Below are positions 1 through 14,820 of a DNA stretch of 64,000 nucleotides, piece by piece. The stretch spans positions 15,810,001 through 15,874,000 of the forward strand of contig OU015567.1 in NCBI GenBank assembly GCA_907165135.1, given 5' to 3'. Each line of letters begins with the position of its first letter. The stretch's first letter is position 1. The position numbers and the translations under genes are program-made. Source of the stretch: Oikopleura dioica. Its lineage: Eukaryota > Animalia > Chordata. The notes under the pieces are model-generated. The model saw only the letters and a list, made by a program, of their open reading frames with translations, made no database searches and was not told the DNA's origin.

Positions 1-205
1 AAAAAATAGTTTGAAGAGTTCTAGTGCCTATTTTGGAACTTTAGGTCCCATGAATTGCCTTGCGGGCATGACCCAGACCCCGTTATATGGTGCCCAAATG
101 AAAGCTCAGTTTCTGGGCTTTCTAAAACTGTATCATATGACCCTCCAACTAAGTTAGAAAAATGGGCCGAAATTTAGTCCGGTAAGCCTAGATATACTTC
201 ATTAA

Positions 206-412
206 GTGCTTTTTGCTGACATGTTTTTGTGGTGCTTTATGCGATACTACTCAAAGCTCGTTTATCCTCCAGCCCCTGTGGTCCAGGGAAATGCTGGCAT
301 CACGATTCTATGGTGTTTTCTGCTGATAAATGTTGTTTTGCTTTCCTTCTTCCTTCATTTTCTCATCAGGGAAGTGTTCATTTTTCCCGAAAAACTTGAA
401 CAGAAAACTTAA
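206..412 (+). CDS. 3' exon(s) of a hydrophobic membrane-protein gene
   Basis: ORF with TM-like stretches (GITILWCFLLINVVLLSFFLHFLI); 5' part unresolved. Confidence 0.3.
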   Translation: MLFADMFLWCFMRYYSKLVYPPAPVVQGNAGITILWCFLLINVVLLSFFLHFLIREVFIFPEKLEQKT

Positions 413-439
413 CACTTTGAAAGAAATTTCGGCGCTCCG

Positions 440-1105
440 AGGAATGCAATCGCACCAATAGAACCAGAAATGACAGAAAAACAAGAAGATTCTAGCATCA
501 TTAATGTCAGAAATTTCCACGTGACTCAAGTCGTTCTCGCTGTTCTACAGATATTGTGCGCTCTTACTGTCCTGGTTCTTCTTTTTCCTGGTGCTTGGCT
601 CTGGATGGGCTACTGAGTTTTTTTTTCGAGCCTTTTGTTTAAAAAAATAATTCAAAAAAAATAATAAAGAGTTTGGTTTGAGTTTTGTAATGATCAATTA
701 AAAGCAATAAAATCGGCCCCGGAAGAGCGATTTTCAAAGGAACTCAAAAAATAGCGCTTTTTAAAAATATAAATTTCATTTTTCAAAATGTTGCTAGAGA
801 TGTTCCGTCTACTATTGTACTGCCAATTTCCTACGCCATTGGACTGTGTACAGTAATCCTGACATCAGTAAATCGCCACGCCCATGGCCGCTGTTGTTTG
901 GCTTGGATTTTCGCGACGCATATCATCAGTAAGCTTTTCTTGTTTGCTAAACTGGCTATCTCGGTTAGTGTTTGGCGCGATGGCGCAATGGCTCATGCTC
1001 AGATACTTTCTCTTTCAAGATGTTTTGCAGCTCACGTTCTTTTGGGCTTCTACTGTTGTTGTGACTGTTTTGCTGATTGTCAGTGAAGCGTATCTTCTCA
1101 GGAAA
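440..1105 (+). CDS. Multi-exon multi-pass membrane protein (MS4A/CD20-like hydrophobicity pattern only)
   Basis: Exons read VTQVVLAVLQILCALTVLVLLFPGAWLWM / VPSTIVLPISYAIGLCTVILTSV...CLAWIFATHII / FGAMAQWLMLRYFLFQDVLQLTFFWASTVVVTVLLIV; exact junctions uncertain. Confidence 0.35.
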
Positions 1106-1160
1106 AAGTCGAATCAATTATTTTTAATTTTGAAAGATTCTTTCTCGAATCTTATTGGCT

Positions 1161-1302
1161 AGGCTCGGCAACCTGTGTGGAAAACCTGAGTCAGGTTCTG
1201 AGCTTGAATGAAAAGCCGCGGCTTCTTTTTAAAGAAAGCCGCGGCTTTTCATTTTAGCTCTTCAAAACCTGACTCAGGTTTTCCACGCAGGTTGCCGAGC
1301 TC
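1161..1302. mobile_element. MITE family A
   Basis: TIR AGGCTCGGCAACCTGTGTGGAAAACCTGAGTCAGG / inverted copy; flanks CT^AG; no TSD. Confidence 0.85.
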
Positions 1303-2855
1303 AGCTGATTGATCGACGGGCAAAATCGAGCTTTTTGATTGGCTGACTCCACAATAAATAGAAATTGAGTCGACTTTAGTTACAGTAGCTTTTCGACAGT
1401 TATTCCAAAGGAAAACTCCTCGAAAACTGGTGAAAAATTCGTAACAAAAGAAGAAAAAAGAAGTCACCACATAAAGATCGCTGTAACTTTCATTATTGCT
1501 TTGGAAATTGGCTGTTTTGTTTTTGTTGTTGTTTACGTTCTTTATTCACTTTTTTTTTTCTTTCGTGGGGATTTCTTTGAAGTCGAGTTCTTGGACGCTT
1601 TACTCAGTCATCATTTTCGACTCAATTTTTTAGCAAGAAAGAGGCTCAATCAATCGCGTACTCTCGAATCCGATGAGAACGGAAGCGGAAGCTCCACTAA
1701 GGGTTATTTCCAGAGCGCCTTTTTGAGGTTAATTTGCGCTTTGTTGGTCAATTCGGCTTTACATTTTTTCTGAACATGGAATTAACTCGTACGTGTAAAG
1801 CAGCCAATTTTCTGGCAAAATGCGTGATTTGAATGAAATTAAATGAATTTTAATAAAAAAAAAAAGAAAATTCAATCAACAAAAATTATTAGTAAGATTT
1901 TTTGGATCTTCGAATTCATCAAAAACCACGTGTCCAATCCCCAATTTTCAACCTCAACCCTTCGCAATCGCTTTAACAAGACTTAAGAAGTCCTAAAATC
2001 ATATTTTTTCTCGTTGCGAATTGAATAATATTTGTCCAAATTAGTCGAAACTGAGTGACCGCCACCGCTTGCCACCTGAAAAATCCTTCCTTGTCAAAAC
2101 AAAAATTTCCTTTTTGAAGAAAAATCTATTTTGTCGATTGCATAAGCTACTAGAGCAAAAAGAGCAGCTGGCGAATTGAATTTAAACATCGACGACGGCT
2201 GCTTGAAACACAATGTTTATGAAAATAAGGGTTTGAACCTTTCTAACTTTAATTTAGCAGCTGCGAAAATTCTTTGCTCTGGCGAAAATCTTTATTTTTT
2301 TCCGGAAATGAAATTTGAAGGTCAGATATTTCGGCAATCTTCTTTTGAAAATTTACCTTTTGACACCCTTATTTCGGGACAAACCAAGAAAAAGAAGTGC
2401 ATTTTCGGAAAGCCAATAAGATTGCTCAATTTGACCCACTGGCCAATCAAAAATCGAACCATAAAAATCATTTCTTTTACTTGGAGTGACACCCATATTT
2501 CGCGAAAATTTTTGAATCAAAAAAGTCTTTCTTTTTTTGTAAAAATAAATAAAATCAGATCAGTTCTATCAAATTTGTCGCCGTTCTAAAGATGAAAATT
2601 TTAAAGGCGTAAAATTATAGTTTCGCTGGGCACTAATGCATTTTCTAGCACCTCTAGCTCCAAAATCGACTTAAAAAATGCACCTTCATTAAGCTTCTAA
2701 TGCACGTTGCGTAACTAAGAAATTGGAGCGGGAGGAATATATTTCAATTGCATTTTTGAATTGGAGTCCTTATACAAAAGATGATCTATAAGTTATGGAC
2801 TATAAGTGTCATTTTTATTGAGATTTATTCTTTACTGAGCAGAAAATGTACAGAA

Positions 2856-3815
2856 TTATTTCAAGATTGTTATATTCCAGCGGACATAAATGCATCCTCC
2901 TTCGAGTTTGACCATTCCGCTTGAATCCGGCGTCAACTTCTTTGTCGAGTTCTTGATATCCCCATCATTCCAAAAATCGTCCACGTCGGCTTGAAAGTCG
3001 ACGCGTTTTCCTAAAAAATAAAAATCTCGAATTCGACAATCAATACCATTTTTAAGAATCCACAGTTTCCAGAATTGCCCGTCGCCGCCGTAGTTTTTGC
3101 TGTGCGTTTGATGTCGGATTGTCCACCTAGCTTCCGACACTTCTAAATTTTTGTCCCATGCAAACTTTATTTTGGATGAAAATCGCGTCGAAACAAAAAT
3201 CAAAAAACTAAAAAAATTGATTTTATCCAATTCCTTCAAATTATAAGTCGTGAAGCCACCAGCCATTGCTCGAAGCACTCTTCGCACTGCAGCTTCGTCG
3301 TGTTCTACTCGGACGTTACCAGTATCCAGTTCGAAGAAATGACCAAATCCATCAATCGGGGACAGCTGACCAAAAATATGAATTTTATCAGGTCGATGAG
3401 CAGTTTGATTCACTTCGCCAAGGTCACTGTTAACTTTCCGTTTACTCTCTTGCAGCATTTTCATTTCTTTCTCCACTTTTTGTGTGAAGCATTCAGTTGT
3501 TTTTCGGACATCCTCAATTTGAAAATCCCGCTCTTGATTGGCAAGAATCGTATTTTCCTTAAAGATTTCAAGCTCGCGAACTCTCTCCTCCAGTTTATCA
3601 TTTTTCTTTTTTAATTCATCTCGTTCTTGCTGAAGATCAAAAGCAAGATTTCGAAAGGTCTGGTTGTCCTTTTCAAGCTTGTTGATTCTCTGAAGAATCG
3701 ACTGGAGCGCAGAATCATCAATTTGGGGGCGATTTTCCCCGGCGTTGAGGTCTTGGCTTCGATAAGTTCCAAGCGAGCTCTCAGAAATGTAGGATTGTTG
3801 GTCAGCGTTTTGCAT
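2856..3815 (-). CDS. Coiled-coil + PRY/SPRY-like protein, kinase-less paralog 1
   Basis: ATG at 3815 (MQNADQQ); heptad region; C-terminal block shared with 4 other copies; in-frame 36-nt GT-AG intron inferred from the paralog where the same segment carries a stop. Confidence 0.7.
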   Translation of the reverse strand: MQNADQQSYISESSLGTYRSQDLNAGENRPQIDDSALQSILQRINKLEKDNQTFRNLAFDLQQERDELKKKNDKLEERVRELEIFKENTILANQERDFQIEDVRKTTECFTQKVEKEMKMLQESKRKVNSDLGEVNQTAHRPDKIHIFGQLSPIDGFGHFFELDTGNVRVEHDEAAVRRVLRAMAGGFTTYNLKELDKINFFSFLIFVSTRFSSKIKFAWDKNLEVSEARWTIRHQTHSKNYGGDGQFWKLWILKNGIDCRIRDFYFLGKRVDFQADVDDFWNDGDIKNSTKKLTPDSSGMVKLEGGCIYVRWNITILK

Positions 3816-4055
3816 TTTCGAAGGATTCTGGGTTAGTCGTCTCTCGATTTTTGAAAAGGCAAATGAGGTTCTGCTCAGATCTAAAGGCAAAAAGCAAATA
3901 GAACGACTTCTATTGCAAATATCAAAGCTGCGTTTAATTAGCTCTTGTGAGAATTTCAATAAAATCCATCGATTTTTTTAATAGAAAATAACAAAACTAA
4001 ATTAGTTGAACTGATCTTTATAATAAAGACATTTTTCAATTAAGTACATTGATAA

Positions 4056-5670
4056 TCAAGATTTTTTTGTCAGGAAATTTCGGCAGAATAATTGTTTGAT
4101 TGTAATATTCCAGCGGACAAAAGCCGTTTCGCCTTTGAGTTTGACCATTCCATCTTGATCCGGCGTCAATTTCTTCACCGAGATGTAGCTCTTCCGTAGT
4201 ATGATCTCAAAATTCGGCCACCTATAGCCGAATTATTCGTCTATATTTTCAATAATTCTTAATGAAAAATTCGGCCAAATTGACCGAATTATTATTGAAT
4301 TTGTAAGAGTCCTACAGTAAGACAGTTAATGGACTTTTCGTAACCGGCGCTAATTACGTTCGATATCGTTATAATTATTGCTAAATTGCCTGAGACCCCT
4401 CAAAACAAGTCGAAGCTTTTTTCGATTAAAAAAATATAATCGTAAAATTTTCTAAAATAAAGGTTAGGGTTAGGGGCACCTGCAAAAATGACGGAACAAC
4501 CTTACCCGAGGGGGATAGGCTAGGGTTAATTAGGGTTACTGAAGGTAACCCTAGACTAGACCCCGGCATCTTAGGACCGAGGGGCAGAGCCCCGAGGTAA
4601 GGGACAAGTAGATTGGATTATTTTTAACGTATAAAAAAGTGAGTGGTTAAATAAGAGCGCAGTTTTAAATCTTGGGGGCCGAATTTTTCATTCAAACGTT
4701 CAATTTTGGTCGAAAAATTCGGCCATGCTGGCCGAATTATTCATTCAGAATATGTCTTTATAAAAATTCGGCTTTTGGCCGAATTTTGAGGTCATACTAC
4801 CGCTCTTCTTGTTTTGCTGATGAATTTTGTCCGCGTCTGCTTCAAAATCAACGCGTTTTCCTACACAAAGCTAAATTCAAAGGTCCAAAACAGTAAATGC
4901 CTTTCTTGAGAAGCGACAACTTCCAGAAGCCATCCCCGCCGAATTTTTTATTGCTCGATTGATGTTTGATTGTCCATTCTCCTTCCGTCACTTCTATATT
5001 TTCGTCATATTTGAACTTTATGATGGATAAAAAATTGCCTTGAAAAATCTACAATTCTGATTGCGATTTTATCCCATTCCTTCAAATTAAACTTGCAAAA
5101 GCCAGCTTCCATTGCTTTTAGCACTTTTCGCACAGCAGCTTCGTCGTGTTGTTTTCGGACAGATTCAGAATCGTCTCCAGTAAAATGACCGAATCCATTG
5201 ATCGTGGGAAATTCGCCGAAAGAGTGGATTATTTCAAGTCGGTCAGCAATTTTCTTCATTTCAGTGAAATCCTTTTCGATTTTCTCTTTGAGTTCTTTTA
5301 GAGATGTCATTTCTTCTTTCACTTCTTTCGAAAAACCTTCAGTAGTTTTTTGAACTTCTTCAATCTGAAAATCGCGCTCCTGGTCTCCTAGAATCGAGCT
5401 TTCTTTGAATGTTTCAAGCTCAGAAACTCTGTTTTCCAGTTCTTCATTTTTCGTCTTCAACTCGTCTCTTTCTTGCTGCAGATCAAAAGCAAGCATCCGG
5501 AAGGTCTCGTTGTCTTTTTCAAGCTTAGTGATTCTTTCGAAAATCGAGTTCAGTGTTGAATTGTCGATTTTCGTGCTCTCTTCGTCCGAATTTTTGCCCT
5601 TGTTTTCGTAGTAGCTAGTTCCAAGGGAGCTCTCAGATTGAATGATCGATCTTTCATCCTCATTTGACAT
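4056..5670 (-). CDS. Coiled-coil + PRY/SPRY-like protein, kinase-less paralog 2
   Basis: MSNEDERS...; exons to KLTPDQDGMVKLKGETAFVRWNITI; second intron has GC donor (AAAG|gcattt); last exon split by TIR element 4195-4801. Confidence 0.65.
4195..4801. mobile_element. Non-autonomous TIR element in a coding exon, containing TTAGGG repeats
   Basis: TIR GTAGTATGA(T/C)CTCAAAATTCGGCC at both ends; 7-bp direct repeat GCTCTTC at 4188-4194 and 4802-4808. Confidence 0.8.
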
Positions 5671-6346
5671 TTTCGATGAATTTTAAGTTTTCTCTTTTTG
5701 ATTGACAAACATCACACTTACGAGTGACCAAGCTCTTTCGAATAAAATAAACATTACTATAAGAATAGTTTCATGTAAAAAAATCTTCCAAAAGACCCAA
5801 AAAATTTAAGGGTCAATCAGCGCTATTTACAACCTGCCCTTTAAAATCCTGTTTTCAATTTAAGCTTCTTCAAGAAATAAGGTATTTAAAGCACGTTACG
5901 CAAGAAAATTCGCTTGAAATCCGCCCGTGAATGATTTTGGTAATTGGCACTTAGTATTTACTCAAAAGTTTCTCCAAAAAAATTCGAATGCTGCGCCCAA
6001 AAACACGTCGTATGAACGTCAGCTCTTCGCTCCGAATTTTCTTGAAGAAAAAATCAGACAGTTTTTTCTTCATTATCTGTATTTTTGCGTGTTTTCGAAT
6101 GTAGCTCCACGTGGGCCTCTCCAGCTGCCGTATGCAGATCCTGTCGGAATATGCATTTGGCGCATCCGCTATTTATACTTCTCATGCGCCCTCGACCAGC
6201 CTCTAAGTCCGCCCTCTTCAAATCACTTGGAGGGAGCCACTAATGGTGCTTTTGTCAGCCGCTCTTGTCGGAGGACGTTTTACTTTCCCTGCATTGTTCT
6301 TTATCTCAAGTCCGTCCTCAACGCCAAGGTGGACGGGGGAAATTAA

Positions 6347-6834
6347 GGGGGTAGGACATCAAAAATTGGATCTTTATTCAGGCTTTTTCGATGACAAAGC
6401 ATATTCTTTTGTCTCCGTTTGGGCTCGGTAAGTGTAAAAACCTGAGTCAGGGTCCAAGAAAATTCGGAGGACCCTGACTCAGGTTATTATACAGTTTGCC
6501 AAGCCCAAATGGGGTGGTGTCAGGAATCGAAAAAAAATCTCGACTAATTTCGCGTTGGCGGCTACTCCGCGGCTGATTGGCTGGCGAGTCAAATCCGGGC
6601 TTCTGATGGGGAGGTGTCTGGAACCGACTAAAAAATTTCGACAAATTTTGCGTGGAAATTTTCAACCAATCAGAAGCCTGGATTCGGCAAACCAGCCAAT
6701 CAGCAGCCGAGTAGCCGCCCACGCAACATTTGTCGAAATTTTTTTGTCGGTTCCAGACACCATCCCCTTCTGATTGGTGGAAAATATCCACGCAAAATTT
6801 GTCAGTTTTTTTGTCGGTTCCTGACCCTACCCCC
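6347..6834. mobile_element. PIF/Harbinger-like MITE with nested family A (6421-6506) and family C copies
   Basis: TIR GGGGGTAGG / CCTACCCCC; 3-bp TSD TAA on both sides. Confidence 0.7.
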
Positions 6835-6969
6835 TAACGATGTCTATATTCTCGATAAAAATTTTATCGGGAATATTTTTATAGGTCTTAGTCAAGGCGG
6901 AAAGATTTTTAGTGATTTTATTTGCACGTGGATAAAATGTGTAATTTTCACAGTGAAAAAGAAAAAGAG

Positions 6970-9354
<2,385 letters not shown>

Positions 9355-10325
9355 TTTGATTTACACCTCTTTCTGAATGGTTGGATTGAAGGACATTTTT
9401 ATTATGAAAAATGCAGTTATTCAACTAGTCATTGATTTTGGGAAATTTTCTTCAAGAAATAGTATTAAATAGTACAATGACACCCTCATTTTACAAAACC
9501 AAATAATGGGAAACAAAAAATATCTAGAATGTTAAAAAAAATTACAAAAAAGTCTTTTCAAGTCGAAAATTTTAGTATTTTCTTGACATTTTATTCAAAA
9601 ATTGTAAGAAAAAAAAATTAAAAAATAGTGAATCTAGGTGACATTATCTCAAACCTGCATTTTTCTTTATAAAAATTAGGAAGTCGATCAAATCTCTAAC
9701 TTACAGTTCGTTTTTCGCCGGCCTGGACCTAAATAACTTCTTGAAAATCAGCGAAGTGATGAAAAATGACAACTTTGGAGCTTCGCAAAAAATGATCTAG
9801 AAAAAAATCTGCGATTGCCTCCAATTTGCCTGGCAAATTTTGCCAAACTGTTTTTTTGCCACGAAAACGCTGGGTATTTCTAGAGAAATTTTTTTCTTTG
9901 AGAAGTTGCGTGAGATTTTTTTGAAAAGTTTTTTCCCAAAACAATTTTAAGTTCAATTTGCAAAATTGCTCGAAAGGATGAAAACGGTCGATTGAAACCG
10001 CCGATACTGATCTACAAGCTTGGAATGTCTTTTGCGCCGGAATGTTTCAATGTTTCCGCGGAGAAGCAAAAGAAAATTCGGCGCTAGAAAAAAGGGAGGC
10101 TTCGGACGTGCCGATCTCGCTTGGCCGATGACATAAATATAGTTTTAAACCCCTTTTTCTTACGATCGGCGGAAATCGCAGCGTTGGAATGTCTTACTCT
10201 GCCAGCGCAAGTGCCGCTTCGCTGGTAAAAGTTGAAATAAATCGACTACGAAGGGCCCATGTCCAAGAAATTCTTAAAATTCTTGAGATTGAAAAAATAA
10301 GGAATACAAAATATAGGAGTTTAAA

Positions 10326-10482
10326 GGGGAGGTGTCTGGAACCGAAAAAAAAAATCGTCGAATTTCGCGTTGAAATTTTCCATCAATCAGAAGCCCGGAT
10401 TCGACTCACTAGCCAATCAGCTGCCGAGCAGCCGCCGACGCAAAATTTGTCGAAATTTTCTGACGGTTCCAGACATCACCCC
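10326..10482. mobile_element. MITE family C (other copies near 6608, 19650, 41132, 63840)
   Basis: TIR GGGGAGGTGTCTGGAACCG / CGGTTCCAGACA(T)CACCCC; internal paired CCAATCA motifs. Confidence 0.7.
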
Positions 10483-12674
10483 GTGTGTGCAAAAACTGAT
10501 TTTGATCGAAAAAATTTTTCGTCCAAATTTAACACTGTGACACCCTTATTTTTCAAAAATCTTTGATAAAACAGAATTCAATAAACGTTTGAATTATCTA
10601 AAGATGCTGAAAAATAAGGGTGTCACTCTGTAAATTTTGAAGAAAGCAACCGATAGCTTCCTCAACAAGTCAGCTTCAACCAAGTGTAAATATTTGTCTC
10701 GTTATTACTCTCCGAAATGTGTCACTTTTTTCAAGAATATTTAGCCTTTTTTCCTGCTCTCGACATTTCGCGACATTCCAAATTCAACTGACAACGCCTC
10801 CAACTCCGTACTTTATGTCGATTAGCAGCTTCAGTTTTGAACTTGTAAAAAATAGCAGTAATTTGAGTCACGTGGCAATTTGAGAATTTCAGTTATTCGC
10901 AAGAATTGGCTTCTTTTGCTTTTTGCATCGGAACACTTTTTTAATTGCGGATTCTCGATTGGATTGAAATTGACAGATTTCAGCCGCTAGTACGTAAAAG
11001 AGCCGACAGATGACGCGTTTAATATTTTTCTTTTGAATTTATTGCAAGTTTTAATAATTCGACTAAAGTTACGATTGAAATGCGGCAGAAAAATCACCAT
11101 TTTGCTTTTGCGACAATTTAAAACGATATTTTTTTCCTAGAATAAGATGAAAAATTTCAAAAAAAGTCAATTTTTTGACAAATCAGAGGGCCGGATTCGG
11201 GGATACCGGCCGCTAGAGAGCCAATCAGAGTTCAGTATTCGGAAAATCATCGAAAAATTTTTTGCGACTTATTTTTATTAATTTGCGACCCTTCTTTGTG
11301 CATCGGAAAAGTCACGTTTTCTTCGATCATTTTTTAAATCAAAATTTGTTTTGTTGACAAATTGTCGATTATTTTCCGATAAGAAGTTGGGCCCGATAAA
11401 AATCGATTAGACTCTTTTTTCATGAAATGCGGAAGGCTTTGTTTTCGAAAATTGGCGATATTCGCTGCTATCTTAAATTTCACACACTTGAGCCAGCTCT
11501 CTAAACTTTACGTAAATTTAAGCATCATCTAAAGTAGCTCTATTCAGCGCTTCCCTTTTTTGCTTACCTTACTCTTTACTGCTGAGAACCCCTTTTCAAA
11601 TACAGTTAAATCGCCAAGATACAGACTCATCTTCGATGAATTCTAAAGTTCAAGCGATTCAAAGATAATTTCGACCAAAATATCCTCCGAAGCGAAGAAC
11701 GAAATTTGTTGAACTAAACGACCCAATTTTCAAGAGCTACCACACCTCGATCTTATCGCAATTTGCTTATCATTTAATGAGTTTTTGTGAAATTGCTTTT
11801 GCAAGGAAGAAAATTAGAAAATTGACTAGGATTTTATTTTTTCTTTTTTTTTTGAATCATAAAATGAACAGGATTATTTTCGTATTGATATATTCAAGCG
11901 TACATAAGACCATTCTCCGTTGAGTTTGACCATTCCGCATTAATGCCAACATCGTCTGCGTCGGCTCGAAAGTCCACGCGTTTTCCTTAAAAGTAAAAAT
12001 CTCAAATTCAACAATCAATACCGTTGAAAGTTAGCCACAGTTTCCAGGAATGCCCGTCGCCGCCGTGTTCTTTGTCATGAGTTTGATTTCGAATCGTCCA
12101 GCCAGCTTCCGACACTTCTAAATAATTGTCGGAACAAAACTTAATTTTGGATGAAAATCGCATCGAAACAAAACTCAAAAAAAACTTAAAAAATGCGATT
12201 TCATCCATTTCCTTCAAATTCAAAAGTTTGTAGCCGGCTGCCATTTGAAAATCTAAGCTCTCCTGGCTTTGAGCGCCGGTCTAGAATCGGCCTTTTCGAA
12301 AAACCTAGTTCTACCTTCTTAATTTTAAATCTTAATTTTAGACTAGGGTTTATTCTCCACGATGTGGTGACGACAGCTTTTGCGTATAACTACACTCAAA
12401 AATTTCCAATCATCGTTGGACTCCATATGCTCTAGCACCTTTACTTTTTGATTCGCTGGAACGTTGGCAAATTTTCGAGAAGATTTCAGTATTGGGTAAG
12501 TAAGGGGGCACACCTCATTAATCATACATTCATTCAACCTTCTTTTACCTGCAAATAAACTATTATGAATTGAAAATTGAAATCCCCAGCTTCTGGGGAT
12601 TCTAAAACTGTATTATACTCTCACCCTACTAAGCTAGAAAAATAGCTTAATTATTAGTGATTTACCCTACTCAT

Positions 12675-12870
12675 CATCGATGAATTCTAAAGTTCAAGCG
12701 ATTCAAAGATAATTTCGACCAAAATATCCTCCGAAGCGAGAACGAAATTTGTTGAACTGAACGACCCAATTTTCAAGAGCTACCACACCTCGATCTTATC
12801 GCAATTTGCTTATCATTTAATGAGTTTTTTGTGAAATTGCTTTTGCAAGGAAGAAAATTTGAAGATTGAC
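12675..12870 (+). repeat. Near-identical copy of 11630-11830
   Basis: Direct ~200-bp duplication read by eye. Confidence 0.9.
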
Positions 12871-13836
12871 TAAATGCGATTTCATCCATTTCCTTCAAAT
12901 TCAAAAGTTTGTAGCCGGCTGCCATTGCTTTGAGCACTCGTCGCACAGCATTCTCGTCGTAGGCACGTCGGACAGAATAAGAGTCGAGGCCGAAGAAATG
13001 CCCAAATCCCTCTAACGCACCAAACGATCCAACAATTTCCAATTCTTGCTCGGCATGAGTTTTGCTTTTTATCGCTTCTTCGAGATCGTCGTTCAGCTTT
13101 TGAATTTGCCTTTTGTAGCCATGATTGTCGTTATTAAGCGTGTTGTTGAGTCGTTTCAAATCCGCGTTTTCTTTTTTCAATCTTTTTGCAGAATCACGCT
13201 CGCCAGAAAGTTTTCTGTTTTCATTCTTCAAAGCAATGATTTCTCGATTCAGCGATTCGTTAATTATCAACGTCGTCTCAGCTTTTGATAGTCCAAAACT
13301 CAGATTCACCGGTGGAATGCGATTCTTCAACTGCTCGATCAAACTGACCAAGGCCGGATGAGTCATCAAAGCAGCAGCACTTTCTGCCAGGGTTCCAATT
13401 CTGGCTGAGCGCTGAGCGACATCTGAGCGTGAGCGAGCGACGAGCGAGCGAGCGATCGCTCACGCTCCGCTCACTCAACTGATTTTTATAGAGAACCGCT
13501 CAGTCGCTCGCTCGCTCAAGGTTAAAAAATATGATACCTGAGCGAGGTTTGAGCGAGGCTGGAGCGACATTGGAGCGAGGTTTGAGCGACGCCTGAGCGA
13601 GGTCCGAGCGACGCCTGAGCTAGGTTTGAGCGACGCTTGAGCGAGGTTCGAGCGACGCTTGAGCGACGTTTATTACTCACTAGCCAATTCTCCGCGCTTA
13701 TTGGCCGAGATCAAAGACCTCTTTAGTTGTTAGCAAATGAATGAGGAGGATTTTCATTCACGAATTTACTCAAAAGAGGGAATTTTTAATAAAGTCTGCG
13801 AATAATTTTAACGTATTGTTGCCAGCAATATACGGT

Positions 13837-14252
13837 TGGCGTGTTAGGTCGTTGGGTTTTCCCCGCCGTCTACAACCATTGAGTTGGTAACAATAAAAAA
13901 TTATTTTCGCCGAAATCCACTAACGTCAACCCTATATTTTTTGAAAATTTAGGCTACACTCGAAAATTGGTTTTGTTAGCTCACAATATCCAGGTGGCGT
14001 GTTAGGTCGTTGGGTTTTCCCCGCCGTCTACATCTGTTGAGTGAGTTCATAAAAAATATTTTTCGGTCAGCCTGATTTTTCATCGATACCCAAGCTTCAA
14101 CGAAAGCTACCATATTTCTTTTTTTTATTATTATTACAGCCATTATTAAACCGCTTACTTCAACAATTAGACTATCCCCATAAATTGGCTATGTTAACTT
14201 ACAATATCCAGTTGGCGTGTTAGGTCGTCGGGTTTTCCCCACCGTCTACAAC
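13837..14252 (+). repeat. Three internal repeats of GGCGTGTTAGGTCG(T/C)TGGGTTTTCCC(C)GCCGTCTACA
   Basis: Copies near 13838, 13996, 14213. Confidence 0.85.
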
Positions 14253-14524
14253 TGTTGAGTAGGTTAACAAAGAATGTTTTGCGGCTAGCCTGATTTTGAT
14301 TATACCAAAAAATTAAAATCTTGAGAGAGACAGGAGAATCTCTGATGATCAAAAAATACATAGGCTCTATTTGAGGCTCTTTTCTGAGCGCGTCGAATTC
14401 TGTGACAGCTGTGTCTACCGTCATGGATTTTTTTATATAAATTTTTCATTGTAAAACCTGCCAAAAATCGGTTAAGACCAAAATGCGACATTGTCGGTTT
14501 TGTCGGTGGTAAGAACCTTCTCGG

Positions 14525-14675
14525 CAGGGTGGAACGTTAGGACAACAAAATTGAAAAAACATTTTTTTTTCTTTGTCGGCGCTGCCCGGCTTTTTGCCAG
14601 CCCGCTTTGGCCGGGCGCCGACTTTTGCCCGCCCGATTTTTTGCCCGATTTGCCCGGACCCAACGTTCCACCCTG
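14525..14675. mobile_element. Small hAT-like TIR element, no TSD recognisable
   Basis: CAGGGTGGAACGTT / AACGTTCCACCCTG. Confidence 0.6.
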
Positions 14676-14820
14676 ACGCTTGACGGAGTCAAAAATTTTT
14701 CGCGTTCGCTTCGATTTCTGCTCGACATTTGGGCAAAATTTGAATGTCTGAACTAGTTAAAATTTTCGCTCGAGCGTCGCTCAAATGTCGCTCAGATATC
14801 GCTCAGATTTCGCTCAGACC

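Noticed and set aside
2856-3200. MATH/TRAF identity for the family C-terminus
   Set aside because: Too short, and motifs fit PRY/SPRY better; neither is verified
6100-6346. GATNGAFVSRSCRRTFYFPC resembles an extended PHD finger
   Set aside because: Most Cys/His ligands are missing and no gene structure was found
13535-13670. Regular ~20-nt GAGCGAGGTTTGAGCGAC repeats resembling a CRISPR array
   Set aside because: No unique spacers, eukaryotic context; subterminal repeats of the hAT element
13837-14252. Twister-like CCTAACAC motif on the minus strand of the triple repeat
   Set aside because: No recognisable P4 or pseudoknot segments; treated as a plain repeat
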